From contig JBFJUC010000001.1 in the NCBI GenBank assembly GCA_041624875.1, positions 1 to 38,562 of the forward strand: DNA of 38,562 nucleotides, given 5' to 3'. Both the position numbers and the translations under genes were made by a program. This DNA is from Alcanivorax sp. GTDB lineage: Bacteria; Pseudomonadota; Gammaproteobacteria; Pseudomonadales; Alcanivoracaceae. The stretch's first letter is position 1; each line of letters starts with the position of its first letter. A model generated the notes under the pieces. It was not told where the DNA came from, made no database searches, and worked only from the letters and a program-made list of their open reading frames with translations. This document shows positions 1 to 8,835 of the stretch, one piece after another.

Positions 1-34
1 AGGGCGGTGTCCTAGGCCACTAGACGAAGGGGAC
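1..34 (-). tRNA. tRNA-Glu, 5' part only (truncated by window start just before the anticodon)
   Basis: Reverse complement GTCCCCTTCGTCTAGTGGCCTAGGACACCGCCCT matches the 5' half of gammaproteobacterial tRNA-Glu; lies 5 nt downstream of tRNA-Ala, in the usual gltX-tRNA-Ala-tRNA-Glu arrangement. Confidence 0.9.
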
Positions 35-39
35 GTGTT

Positions 40-115
<76 letters not shown>

Positions 116-156
116 AAAAGCTGTCCCACCGGGCTGCGCCCCGTGTGGAGCCGCGT

Positions 157-184
157 ATTTTACGCAGCGCCCTTACCCTGTCAA
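157..184 (-). promoter_or_regulatory. sigma70 promoter for the tRNA-Ala/tRNA-Glu operon
   Basis: Minus strand TTGACA-N16-TAAAAT followed by a GC-rich discriminator (ACGCGGC), typical of stable-RNA promoters. Confidence 0.8.
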
Positions 185-235
185 GCATCCACCCAGGGTT
201 TTTGACGGTTAAAAGTCCGTTTGTACAAGCCTTGT

Positions 236-1723
236 TCAATTCGCCGGTACAATCGCCGCCCATTCCTTCTCCAGCTTCTTGGTTTGCTTCTTGGAAACGC
301 CGCCAAGCACCTCGATGGCATGGCGAAGGCGGGCCCGGCTGAGGTCCGGACCCAGCAACTCCATACTGTCGACCACGGAAAAGCTGGCGCTGGTGCCGGC
401 GATCGCCACGAACACCGGAAACAGGAAATCCTTGATCTTGATCTCCAGAGCGTCGGCCAGTTGTTTCGCGTCGGCGAACAGGCCGTCGCGCTGCCAGTCC
501 CGACGTGCCTCGCAGGTCCACAGGTAAAACTGCAGCCAGACTTTCATCGCTTCCGCGTCGTGCTTGGGGTGCTGAAAGTCGGCTTCGTCCACCGCCACCA
601 TGCCCGAGAAACAGAAGCCGGCCTTGTCGACCACCTCACCGAAAGTTTCCACGCGTTGTTTCACATGGGGCAGCACCCGCATGGCGTACTCACGGTTGAA
701 GGCCCAATCGCGCAATTGATCCAGGAACTGCTCGTCGGAAAGTTCATGCAGCCATTGGCCGTTAAGCCAGCTCAGTTTCTCCACATCGAACACCGGGCCA
801 CCCAGGGACACACGCTGGATGTCGAACGCCGCCTGCATATCCTCCAGGGTGAAGCGCTCACGCTCATCGGGCATCGACCAGCCCATGCGGCCGAGGTAAT
901 TGACCACCGCCTCCGGCAGGTAGCCCATGCGGCGGTAGAAATTGATGCTGACCGGGTTCTTGCGTTTGCTGAGCTTGGATTTGTCCGGGTTACGCAGCAG
1001 CGGCATATGACACAGCACCGGCATGTCCCAGCCGAAATACTGGTACAGCAGCTTATGCTTGGGCGCCGAGTTCAGCCATTCCTCACCACGAATCACATGG
1101 GTGATCTCCATCAGGTGATCGTCCACCACATTGGCCAGGTGGTAGGTGGGCATGCCGTCGGATTTCAGCAGAATCTGTGCGTCCACCAGGGACCAGTCCA
1201 ATTCCACGGTGCCACGCAGCATGTCGTCGATTTCACAGCGGCCGGCCTCCGGCACCCGCATGCGGATCACATAGGGGTCGCCGTCCGCTTCGCGGCGTTG
1301 CTGCTCCTCGGCGGGCAGCTCCAGGTCGACCGGCTTCAGGGCCCGGTTTTCGCCGCGCTCTTTCAGGTCGGCACGCAACTGCTCCAGCTCCTCGGCGCCG
1401 CGAAAACACTTGAAGGCGTGGCCGTCGGCGATCAGGCGCTCCGCGTATAGGCGGTAATCGTCGCCGCGCTCGCTTTGCCGGTACGGCCCGTGGGGGCCGC
1501 CCACGTCGGGCCCTTCGTCCCAGTCCAGGCCCAGCCAGCGCAACGACGCCAGGATCGCCTGCTCGGAGCTGTCACTGGAGCGGCTCTGGTCGGTGTCTTC
1601 GATGCGGAGAATGAATTGGCCGCCGTGCTGACGGGCAAAACAACGATTAAAAAGCGCGATATAAGCGGTCCCCACATGGGGGTCGCCGGTGGGCGAAGGT
1701 GCCACTCGGGTACGAACGGTCAT
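236..1723 (-). CDS. gltX: glutamate--tRNA ligase
   Basis: N-terminal [13 protein letters not shown] (HIGH-like), LRIEDTD, RGEEWL and KLSKR (KMSKS-like) motifs; 495 aa; adjacent to tRNA-Glu. Confidence 0.97.
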   Translation of the reverse strand: MTVRTRVAPSPTGDPHVGTAYIALFNRCFARQHGGQFILRIEDTDQSRSSDSSEQAILASLRWLGLDWDEGPDVGGPHGPYRQSERGDDYRLYAERLIADGHAFKCFRGAEELEQLRADLKERGENRALKPVDLELPAEEQQRREADGDPYVIRMRVPEAGRCEIDDMLRGTVELDWSLVDAQILLKSDGMPTYHLANVVDDHLMEITHVIRGEEWLNSAPKHKLLYQYFGWDMPVLCHMPLLRNPDKSKLSKRKNPVSINFYRRMGYLPEAVVNYLGRMGWSMPDERERFTLEDMQAAFDIQRVSLGGPVFDVEKLSWLNGQWLHELSDEQFLDQLRDWAFNREYAMRVLPHVKQRVETFGEVVDKAGFCFSGMVAVDEADFQHPKHDAEAMKVWLQFYLWTCEARRDWQRDGLFADAKQLADALEIKIKDFLFPVFVAIAGTSASFSVVDSMELLGPDLSRARLRHAIEVLGGVSKKQTKKLEKEWAAIVPAN

Positions 1724-1746
1724 GCTGACTCCGTGGCCGGGATAAA

Positions 1747-1773
1747 GGGGCGCATTATAGGCTAATGCGCCCC
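1747..1773. promoter_or_regulatory. 11-bp perfect inverted repeat overlapping the likely gltX -10 box
   Basis: GGGGCGCATTA-TAGGC-TAATGCGCCCC; minus-strand TATAAT at 1754-1759. Confidence 0.5.
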
Positions 1774-1834
1774 CGTTATCAGCACTACGGCTACGGCACC
1801 GCCGCCACCAAGGCGGGAACGCCGTCCTTTCCGG

Positions 1835-1990
1835 TCAGCGCCGCCCGGCAATCAGACTGATGATCCAGATCACCAGGAAGACGACGAATAGAATCTTGGC
1901 GATGCCCGCGGCGGTGCCGGCAATACCACTAAACCCCAAAACCGCGGCAATGATCGCGATGACAAGAAATAAAAGGCTCCAGCTCAGCAT
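1835..1990 (-). CDS. DUF1328 (YtjA/UPF0391-like) small membrane protein
   Basis: 51 aa [35 protein letters not shown] is the family signature; ATG at 1990 preceded by CAGGGAG RBS. Confidence 0.9.
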   Translation of the reverse strand: MLSWSLLFLVIAIIAAVLGFSGIAGTAAGIAKILFVVFLVIWIISLIAGRR

Positions 1991-2158
1991 AGTTTTCTCC
2001 CTGTTATGCGTTATCGCACCCTCATCAAAGCCAAACGACGCCACTTTCACAAGGCGCTTTTACAGGAATATACCTTTGCCTGAATTTGCATGGACCAACC
2101 CGGGCTGACCCGACGCCGGGGTTTCCCGTCGCGGCGGCGACCGTGCGATAATAGCGCC

Positions 2159-3205
2159 ATGTCCTCACTCAACACTCCGATTCCCGGCCCTGCCCCGCTC
2201 AGCCGGCGCTTTTCCATAGCGCCAATGATGGCCTATACAACGCGCGACTTTCGCTATCTGGCCCGTCTTATCACCCGCCGCACGCTGCTCTATACCGAGA
2301 TGGTGGTGGCGCCGGCGGTGATCCACGGCGACCGGGATCGCCTGCTCGGTTTCGACGCCGCCGAACACCCGCTGGCGGTGCAGCTGGGCGGCAGCGACCC
2401 GGAGCAACTGGCCGAAGCGGCGCGCATCTGCGCGGATTACGGCTACGACGAAATCAATCTGAACGTGGGCTGCCCGTCGGACCGGGTGCAGCAAGGAAAA
2501 ATCGGCGCGGTGCTGATGGCGGAACCGGAGCTGGTGGCGCGCTGCGTGGAAGCGATGGCGAACGTCACGGACGTGCCGGTGACGGTGAAGACCCGTATCG
2601 GCATCGACGATCAGGATGACTACCCGTTCCTGCAGCGCTTCGTCCGTCATGTGAACGACGCCGGCTGCCGCAGCCTGACCATCCACGCCCGCAAGGCGAT
2701 CCTGGACGGCCTGTCACCGAAGGAAAACCGGGACATACCGCCGCTGATCTATGAGCGCGCCTACGCGGTCAAACAGGCCTTCCCGCATATGGAGATCATC
2801 CTCAACGGCGGACTGCGCGATGTGCCCGGCATGCTCGCCCACTTGGGTCAGGTGGATGGCCTGATGGTGGGCCGGGAAGCCTACATGAACCCCTGGTTTC
2901 TCGCCGACGTGGACCGGGAAGTATTCGGTGAACGCACCCCGCCGCCGGACCGGCTGTCCGTGGCCGAGGCGTTCATTCCCTATTTGGAACGACGCTACGC
3001 CGACGGCGTGCACCCCAAGCATGTGCTGCGCCACGCTCTGAATTTGTTTCAGGCGATGCCCGGCGCCCGCGCCTATCGTCGCCACCTTAGCCAGCACGCG
3101 CACAAGAACGACGCCACGCCGGAGGTCTATCAAGAGGCCCTGGCCCTTTTGACCCGGCACACGGTTGGCTATGCTGGGGCCACGACACAGGGAGGTCAGC
3201 CATGA
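2159..3205 (+). CDS. dusA: tRNA dihydrouridine(20/20a) synthase DusA
   Basis: FSIAPMM, LYTEMV, QLGGSDP, INLNVGCPSDRVQ, HARKA, LSPKENR motifs; start moved to ATG 2159. Confidence 0.92.
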   Translation: MSSLNTPIPGPAPLSRRFSIAPMMAYTTRDFRYLARLITRRTLLYTEMVVAPAVIHGDRDRLLGFDAAEHPLAVQLGGSDPEQLAEAARICADYGYDEINLNVGCPSDRVQQGKIGAVLMAEPELVARCVEAMANVTDVPVTVKTRIGIDDQDDYPFLQRFVRHVNDAGCRSLTIHARKAILDGLSPKENRDIPPLIYERAYAVKQAFPHMEIILNGGLRDVPGMLAHLGQVDGLMVGREAYMNPWFLADVDREVFGERTPPPDRLSVAEAFIPYLERRYADGVHPKHVLRHALNLFQAMPGARAYRRHLSQHAHKNDATPEVYQEALALLTRHTVGYAGATTQGGQP

Positions 3206-4173
3206 TCAGCAAACGCCAACAACTCGAACAATGGACCACCGTGGTCGCCGACACCGGCGACCTGGAGCGGATCGCCGCGCTGCAGCCACACGACGCCACC
3301 ACCAACCCTTCACTGCTGCTGGCCGCCGCGCGCGACGAGCGCTACCGGCCTCTGCTCGACCAGGCCCGGGAACTGGCCCGGGAACTGGGCCACGAGGGCG
3401 ACCTGGCGTGGTGCACGGATGCGTTCGCCTGCGTGGCCGGCCAAGCGGTGCTGGGTCATATCCCGGGCCTGGTATCCACCGAGGTGGACGCGCGGCTGTC
3501 GTTCGACACTGCCGCCACGGTCGCCAAGGCGCGCCGCCTGATGGCGTTGTACCGGGAGCTGGACGTGCCGGCGGAACGGATCCTGATCAAGACCGCCGCC
3601 ACCTGGGAAGGGATTCAGGCGGCACGCATCCTTGAGGAGGAAGGCGTGCGCTGCAACCTGACTCTGGTGTTCAGTGCCGAGCAGGCGCTGGCCGCCGCCG
3701 AAGCCGGCGCCACCCTGATCTCGCCGTTCGTCGGCCGCATCCAGGACTGGCACGTGAAGCGCGGGCTGGAAATCACCGATATCAATCAGGATCCGGGGGT
3801 TCAGTCGGTGCGCGAGATCTTCCATCTTCTCAAGGGGCGCGGGCTGGACACCATCGTGATGGGCGCCAGCTTCCGCAATGCGGCGCAGATCGAGGCGCTC
3901 GCCGGCTGCGACCGACTCACCATCAGCCCGACGCTGCTCGGCGAGCTGGCCGAAGACGGCGGCGCTCTGTCGCGCTGCCTGGATCCGGACGCGGTGGCTC
4001 CGGCGGAGCCGGAAGGCGCGCTCCCCGTCCGGGCACTGAACGAAGCCCGTTTCCGCTGGTCACTGAATGACAACCCGATGGCGTGTGATTTGCTCAGCGA
4101 CGGCATTCGCCGTTTCGCCGCCGATCAACGCGCCCTGGAAGCCTTACTGACCGCGGAGGACATCGCAGCGTGA
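3202..4173 (+). CDS. tal: transaldolase
   Basis: VVADTGD, DATTNPSL, VSTEVDARLSFD, LIK-x-AATWEG (Schiff-base Lys), CNLTLVFS, ISPFVGRI, MGASFRN; 4-bp overlap with dusA, GGAGG RBS. Confidence 0.95.
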   Translation: MISKRQQLEQWTTVVADTGDLERIAALQPHDATTNPSLLLAAARDERYRPLLDQARELARELGHEGDLAWCTDAFACVAGQAVLGHIPGLVSTEVDARLSFDTAATVAKARRLMALYRELDVPAERILIKTAATWEGIQAARILEEEGVRCNLTLVFSAEQALAAAEAGATLISPFVGRIQDWHVKRGLEITDINQDPGVQSVREIFHLLKGRGLDTIVMGASFRNAAQIEALAGCDRLTISPTLLGELAEDGGALSRCLDPDAVAPAEPEGALPVRALNEARFRWSLNDNPMACDLLSDGIRRFAADQRALEALLTAEDIAA

Positions 4174-4613
4174 AATGGCTTGCCCGTTTGTTTGAATCCG
4201 ACTCACCCGCTCAGAACAGCGAAGAAAGCGACCACGACCTGCACCGGGCCGCCGCCGCGTTACTGATGGAAGTGGCGCGCACCGACGGCGAAGTGGATCA
4301 GCGCGAGCAGCGCCTGCTGGTCGAGGCAGTGCGTGAGCGTTGGCGTCTGCAAGCGGAGGAAATGGACGAAATCGTCGCCGAACTGGACCAAAGACTGGAA
4401 AACGCCACCGACCTGTTCGAATTCACCATCCCACTGCGGCAGCGCTGGGATCCGGAAACCCGGGTGCGGCTGATTTATGATATGTGGGCCATTGCCGCCG
4501 CCGACGGCAACGCGGACAGCCACGAAGAGCAGCTGATCCGCCGCGTGTCCGAGTTGCTGTACGTCTCGCACGGCGACTTTATCCGCGCCAAACTGGCCGC
4601 CCAGGGAGAATAG
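4170..4613 (+). CDS. TerB-like (tellurite resistance family) protein
   Basis: AAAALLMEVARTDG...E and WAIAAADG...HEE..IRRVSELL repeated helical motifs; GTG start overlaps tal stop. Confidence 0.8.
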   Translation: MKWLARLFESDSPAQNSEESDHDLHRAAAALLMEVARTDGEVDQREQRLLVEAVRERWRLQAEEMDEIVAELDQRLENATDLFEFTIPLRQRWDPETRVRLIYDMWAIAAADGNADSHEEQLIRRVSELLYVSHGDFIRAKLAAQGE

Positions 4614-4643
4614 CGCCGGGCCGCCGCCCGGCCAGCCCTCGCT

Positions 4644-5468
4644 TTACCAGCCGTCGTCGCTTTCCAGCTCCGGGTCTTCGTCGGGCAGGGCCGGTTCTTC
4701 GTCCTTGCCTTCCTGCATCAGGCGGCGCTGCAGATAGGCGTTACGGATAAAGGTATAGCGGTCGCCGACAATGTTGCGCTCCAGATCCAGCAGGTCGGCC
4801 CGCAGGTCAACGCCGTACAACGCCGCCAGGGAATAACGCGCCAGGTCGTCCTCCAAGTAGCTCACCGGCCACAGGTAACTGCTGGGGTAGATCGTGGCGG
4901 CGTCACGCACCGACGACGGCCCCAGAATCGGCACCACCAGATAGGGGCCCCGCGCCACGCCCCAGCGGCCCAGCGTTACGTCCAGGCCGGTGTCGGTATT
5001 GCGCAGGTTGACGTCACTGGCGACGTCGAACAGGCCAGCCACGCCCAGGGTGGTGTTGATGGTGAAACGCCCCAGGCTGTTACCGGCTTCACCCCAACGC
5101 CACTGGAACATGTAGTTGAGGCCGTCCCCGATATCGCCGAGGTTGCTGAAAAAACGCGTCACGGTGTTATCGAGCCACTCCGGCGTCACCCAACGGTAAC
5201 CCTTGGCGGCCGGCTTGAGCGCGTAGCGATCAACGAATTCGTTAAACCCGAAAATCTTGCGGTTGAAACCCTGCCAGGGGTCCTGTTCGTCAAAGCGACC
5301 GGCCCCCCCGGCCTGGTCGAACGGCGTCGAGGCACTGCCCCAGTCTTCACCGGACTGGATCGCGGCTTCACGGCTCTCGCCGGCGGTTTCCGGTAACGGC
5401 TGGGCGAGTACCGGGTGGGACAGAGCAATCAATGGCGCCGAGACAAGCGCCGCAATCCATATGCGCAC
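4644..5468 (-). CDS. mlaA: MlaA/VacJ family outer-membrane lipid asymmetry protein
   Basis: DPWQGFNRKIFGFN, RFFSNL, RFTINTTLGVAGLFDVA, TLGRWGV..GPYLVVPILGPSSVRD, Y.FIRNAYLQRR motifs. Confidence 0.9.
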   Translation of the reverse strand: MRIWIAALVSAPLIALSHPVLAQPLPETAGESREAAIQSGEDWGSASTPFDQAGGAGRFDEQDPWQGFNRKIFGFNEFVDRYALKPAAKGYRWVTPEWLDNTVTRFFSNLGDIGDGLNYMFQWRWGEAGNSLGRFTINTTLGVAGLFDVASDVNLRNTDTGLDVTLGRWGVARGPYLVVPILGPSSVRDAATIYPSSYLWPVSYLEDDLARYSLAALYGVDLRADLLDLERNIVGDRYTFIRNAYLQRRLMQEGKDEEPALPDEDPELESDDGW

Positions 5469-5540
5469 AGTAGCTCCCTAATCAGTGATGGCTCGCGCAT
5501 TATAGCGGTGCATAGCATGCGGAGAGCAACCTTGCGACTC

Positions 5541-6317
5541 TCAGGCCGGGGTCGGCTGCAGGCGGGCGCCCAAAATCAGCTCGCGATCACGAAGCCGTTG
5601 CAAAAGGTCGGCGCCGAAACTCAACAGCGCGGCGCGGTCCTGAAAGCCCATTTCATCGCCCAGCGTTTGCAGCAGTTGCTGCCCGCTGCTGAGCGGCTGC
5701 TCCTGCATCAAAGCCAGTAACCGGGCGGTCACCGCGTTGATCTCCATGAACGCCACCCGGTCCTCCGCGTTACGGTGGACCAGCAACCAGACCGGCTGCT
5801 CCGGCGGTGTGTCCGGGCGGTGGTTCGGGCCAATCAGATGCACCGGCCAACGGTAACTGAGCACGCAATGAAGCGGGTTCAGGTAGGGCACACCACGCAG
5901 CAAATCCCCACCGGGCTGCACGCCCTGCTCCGGCACCGTATCCGTGGCCGTGTCCAGAACCAGTTCTATCCACTCGTAATGCGCCAATTCGGCGAGGTAA
6001 GGCGGGTCGCCCTCCACCGGCTGATAGGCGTCAGCGAGAAAAGTGACGAATTCCTCTGGAATCTCCAGAAAGTACGGTGACGCACAGGCATGCTGGTCGA
6101 AAAAACAGCGCACCAGACGCCGCCAGCCGGTTTCGTCATAAAGACTGTGCAGAACCGGAAAGCCCTTCTCCAGAAACCCGTTGACGTTGTTGAAGAACAA
6201 CTCACGGTACACCGTCAGGCGCCGGTCCTCGATGCCGGACGGCGCCGGGTGGCGTTGCGGATTACGCAGGTGCGCCGCGAACGAACGCTGCAGGCGCTGG
6301 AACTCCGGCTCGCTCAT
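5541..6317 (-). CDS. DUF2063-domain MNIO partner protein (HvfC/BufC-like)
   Basis: FQRLQRSFAAHLRNP, RRLTVYRELFFNN, FPVL, SPYFLEIPEEF, ELAHYEWIEL motifs; 1-bp overlap with the DUF692 gene. Confidence 0.88.
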   Translation of the reverse strand: MSEPEFQRLQRSFAAHLRNPQRHPAPSGIEDRRLTVYRELFFNNVNGFLEKGFPVLHSLYDETGWRRLVRCFFDQHACASPYFLEIPEEFVTFLADAYQPVEGDPPYLAELAHYEWIELVLDTATDTVPEQGVQPGGDLLRGVPYLNPLHCVLSYRWPVHLIGPNHRPDTPPEQPVWLLVHRNAEDRVAFMEINAVTARLLALMQEQPLSSGQQLLQTLGDEMGFQDRAALLSFGADLLQRLRDRELILGARLQPTPA

Positions 6318-7168
6318 CAGGCTCTCCGGCTCACCGCCGAACGGCGCTGCTGGGCGGCGCCGATACGCCCCAGCTCACGGTTCAGTTCTTCCACCGGGGG
6401 AAAGTTGAAATCCCGCTCCAGCAAGGTCGGCAATACCCCGAACTGATCGTAGGCCACGTCAAGCAATCGCCACACCGGGTCGATCACCTCACTGCCGTGG
6501 GTATCCACCTTGAGATCTTCGGCTTCATCGAAATGGCCGGCGATGTGCACGTAAAAAATACGTTCGCCGGGCAGACCGCGAATAAAGTCGGCGGCGTCGT
6601 AGCCGTGGTTAATGCCGTTCACGTAGGCGTTGTTCACGTCCAGAAGCAGGCCACAGTCGGCCTCTTCCAATACCGCGTTGACGAATTCCAGCTCGCCCAG
6701 GGGACGGCTCTCGGTCACCGTCGGCGTGGCGTAATAACTGACGTGTTCGATGCCGATACGCTGGCCGAGAAAGTCCTGCACCTTGCGGATGCGGTCGGCC
6801 ACATAGTGCACCGCTTCTTCGGTGAACGGGATCGGCATCAAGTCATAAAGATGACCGTGATCGCTGCAATAACTGAGGTGCTCGGTGTAACAGCGAATAC
6901 GGTGTTCGCCAAGAAACTGTTTGATGTTCCCCAGCAATTCGAAATCGAGAGGTTCCGGCCCGCCCAGGGACAGGCTGAGACCGTGGCTGACAAAAGGGTA
7001 GCGTTCGGTGAAGCCGCGAAACTCACGGGCCAGGGAACCGCCCATGGGAATCCAGTTTTCCGGTGCCACTTCAAGAAAATCCACCGGTATATTGCCCGGT
7101 TGGGACAGCGGGCCCATAAGGGCCCGCCGCAACCCCAGACCGGTACCGGTCACGGGGAAAGTCGTCAT
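6317..7168 (-). CDS. DUF692 multinuclear non-heme iron oxidative enzyme (MNIO; HvfB/BufB-like)
   Basis: GLGLRR, EVAPENW, HGLSLSLGG, EHLS, DLMPIP, LLLDVNN, HIAGH, DTHG, LLERD motifs. Confidence 0.93.
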   Translation of the reverse strand: MTTFPVTGTGLGLRRALMGPLSQPGNIPVDFLEVAPENWIPMGGSLAREFRGFTERYPFVSHGLSLSLGGPEPLDFELLGNIKQFLGEHRIRCYTEHLSYCSDHGHLYDLMPIPFTEEAVHYVADRIRKVQDFLGQRIGIEHVSYYATPTVTESRPLGELEFVNAVLEEADCGLLLDVNNAYVNGINHGYDAADFIRGLPGERIFYVHIAGHFDEAEDLKVDTHGSEVIDPVWRLLDVAYDQFGVLPTLLERDFNFPPVEELNRELGRIGAAQQRRSAVSRRA

Positions 7169-7186
7169 AGATTACGACTCCTTGGA

Positions 7187-7480
7187 TCAGGCCGCGCCAC
7201 CGCAGCTGCCTTCACCTTTTTTGTCGCCACCGCAGCTGCCTTCGCCTTTCTTGTCGCCGCCACAGCTGCCTTCGGCCTTCTTGTCCGCCTTGTCCGCGCC
7301 GCACTTGGCTTCGCCGCACTTGCCTTCAGCGCTCTTATCGCTGGCAAGCTGGTAGCCGCTTTGCAGGTCGGTGGCGCCGAACGGGTTCTCGGCCGCGTGA
7401 GCCGGAATGGACATTGCGGAAGCCACTACAGCAGCGCCGAAGGTGGCGGCCAGGGGGTTCATTTTGCTCAGTTTAGCCAT
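7187..7480 (-). CDS. secreted Cys-repeat RiPP precursor (HvfA/oxazolin, EGKCG-type bufferin family)
   Basis: Sec signal ending A-H-A, then NPF...SGY, then EGKCG, EAKCG and 3x EGSCG; GGAGAA RBS; first gene before DUF692/DUF2063. Confidence 0.88.
   Translation of the reverse strand: MAKLSKMNPLAATFGAAVVASAMSIPAHAAENPFGATDLQSGYQLASDKSAEGKCGEAKCGADKADKKAEGSCGGDKKGEGSCGGDKKGEGSCGGAA
7196..7285. repeat. 3 x 30-bp imperfect tandem repeat encoding DKK(G/A)EGSCGG
   Basis: Units at 7196-7225, 7226-7255, 7256-7285 (gccaccgcagctgccttcNcctttNttgtc). Confidence 0.9.
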
Positions 7481-7633
7481 GATCGTTCTCCAAATTCATC
7501 GAATAATTCCGTGGGCTGGAAGCCCTTGATCGTACAAAGCCGGGGGGCGGGGTCGATGGTCCGTTCACACCCTTCCTCTGACTTCGACACTATATGGATG
7601 CACGATTGGAGTAAACGTTACGTGTAGACGGTG

Positions 7634-7673
7634 AAAAAACAAAAACGGCCACGGGAGTCGATCCACGCGGCCG
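7634..7673 (-). terminator. rho-independent terminator after the KAS III gene
   Basis: Minus strand CGGCCGCGTGGA-loop-TCCCGTGGCCG followed by TTTTTGTTTTTT. Confidence 0.75.
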
Positions 7674-7704
7674 AGGTGAAGATGCCGTGAAAGCGCCAGG
7701 TACC

Positions 7705-8835
7705 CTAGCGAATCCGGTTAACGATCACGCTGCCAATCGAATAGCCGGCACCGAAGGAGCAAATCACCCCTTTGGTGCCCGCCGGCAGATCACTGTTGTG
7801 CTTGTGAAAAGCGATGATCGAGCCGGCGGAACTGGTGTTGGCGTAATCATCCAGGATCACCGGCGCCTCGTCGCGGCTGGGGTCGCGACCCAGCACCCGA
7901 CGGGCGATGAACTCGTTCATGTTCAGGTTCGCCTGGTGCAACCACATACGACGCACGTCCGTCACCGGCACGGACAGGTCGGCCAGGTGGCCGGTGATCT
8001 GTTCCGCCACCATCGGGCACACTTCCTTGAACACCTTTCGGCCTTCCTGGCGGAACAGCTTATCGCGGCTGCCCACGCCGGAGGGGTCGGCGCGGTTGAG
8101 GAAGCCGAAGTTATTGCGAATGTTGTTGGAGAAACGGGTTTGCAAACGGGTGCCCAGCACTTCCCATTGGTTGTCGCTGGTGGCCTCCTCGGCCCGTTCC
8201 AGAATCACCGCGGTGCTCACGTCACCGAAGATGAAATGACAGTCACGATCTTCCCAGGCCAGGTGGCCGGAACAGATCTCCGGGTTGACCATCAGCACGC
8301 GGCGCGCGGAGCCGTTGCGGATAGCGTCAACGCCGGTCTGTATCCCAAAGGTGGCGCTGGAGCAGGCCACGTTCATGTCATAGCCCCAACCGTGCTCCAT
8401 GCCCAGAGCCTGCTGCACCTCCACGGCCATGGCCGGGTAAGCGCGCTGCATGTTGGAACAGGCCACCAGTACCGCGTCCAGGTCATCCGGTTGCAGGCCG
8501 GCGTTGTCGAGCGCCTGACGCGCGGCCAGCACGGCGATTTCCGCCTGCACGGACAGTTCGTCGTCACCCCGTTCGGGGATATTCGGGGCCAGCCGGTCCG
8601 GGTCGAGAATGCCTTCCTTGTCCAGTACATAGCGCTGCTTGATGCCGGAAGCCTTCTCGATAAACGCGGAATTGGAGCCGGTGAGCGGCTCGATATCACC
8701 CGCCTCGATGGCGTCGGCATGGCGTTCGTTGTAACGGGCCACGTATTCGTTGAATGAGGCCACCAATTCGTCATTGGTGATGGATTGTTCGGGGGTCCAG
8801 AGTCCGGTACCGCTGATAACGACGGAATGGGTCAC
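7705..8835 (-). CDS. beta-ketoacyl-ACP synthase III (FabH family, long PA3286-like type)
   Basis: Cys-His-Asn triad in MNVACSS, LHQAN, YANTSSAGS; SFGAGYS; GTG start at 8835 after GAGGAC RBS; 376 aa. Confidence 0.88.
   Translation of the reverse strand: MTHSVVISGTGLWTPEQSITNDELVASFNEYVARYNERHADAIEAGDIEPLTGSNSAFIEKASGIKQRYVLDKEGILDPDRLAPNIPERGDDELSVQAEIAVLAARQALDNAGLQPDDLDAVLVACSNMQRAYPAMAVEVQQALGMEHGWGYDMNVACSSATFGIQTGVDAIRNGSARRVLMVNPEICSGHLAWEDRDCHFIFGDVSTAVILERAEEATSDNQWEVLGTRLQTRFSNNIRNNFGFLNRADPSGVGSRDKLFRQEGRKVFKEVCPMVAEQITGHLADLSVPVTDVRRMWLHQANLNMNEFIARRVLGRDPSRDEAPVILDDYANTSSAGSIIAFHKHNSDLPAGTKGVICSFGAGYSIGSVIVNRIR

Noticed and set aside
221-1450. Long antisense ORFs (also 11113-12594, 16494-17765, 25297-26652, 31226-32731, 33455-34750)
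   Set aside because: Each lies opposite a gene with clear family motifs; these are shadow ORFs expected from high-GC codon bias and show no recognisable motifs
2159-3205. dusA as a genomic-island integration site
   Set aside because: dusA is a known hotspot, but no integrase or duplicated dusA fragment is visible nearby
4170-4613. Tellurite resistance (ter) operon
   Set aside because: Only a single TerB-like gene; no terA/C/D/Z in the window
7481-7630. ECF sigma promoter for the RiPP operon (GTAAC on the minus strand near 7618-7622)
   Set aside because: A GTAAC -35-like word is present, but I could not find a convincing -10 at the right spacing and no ECF gene is adjacent
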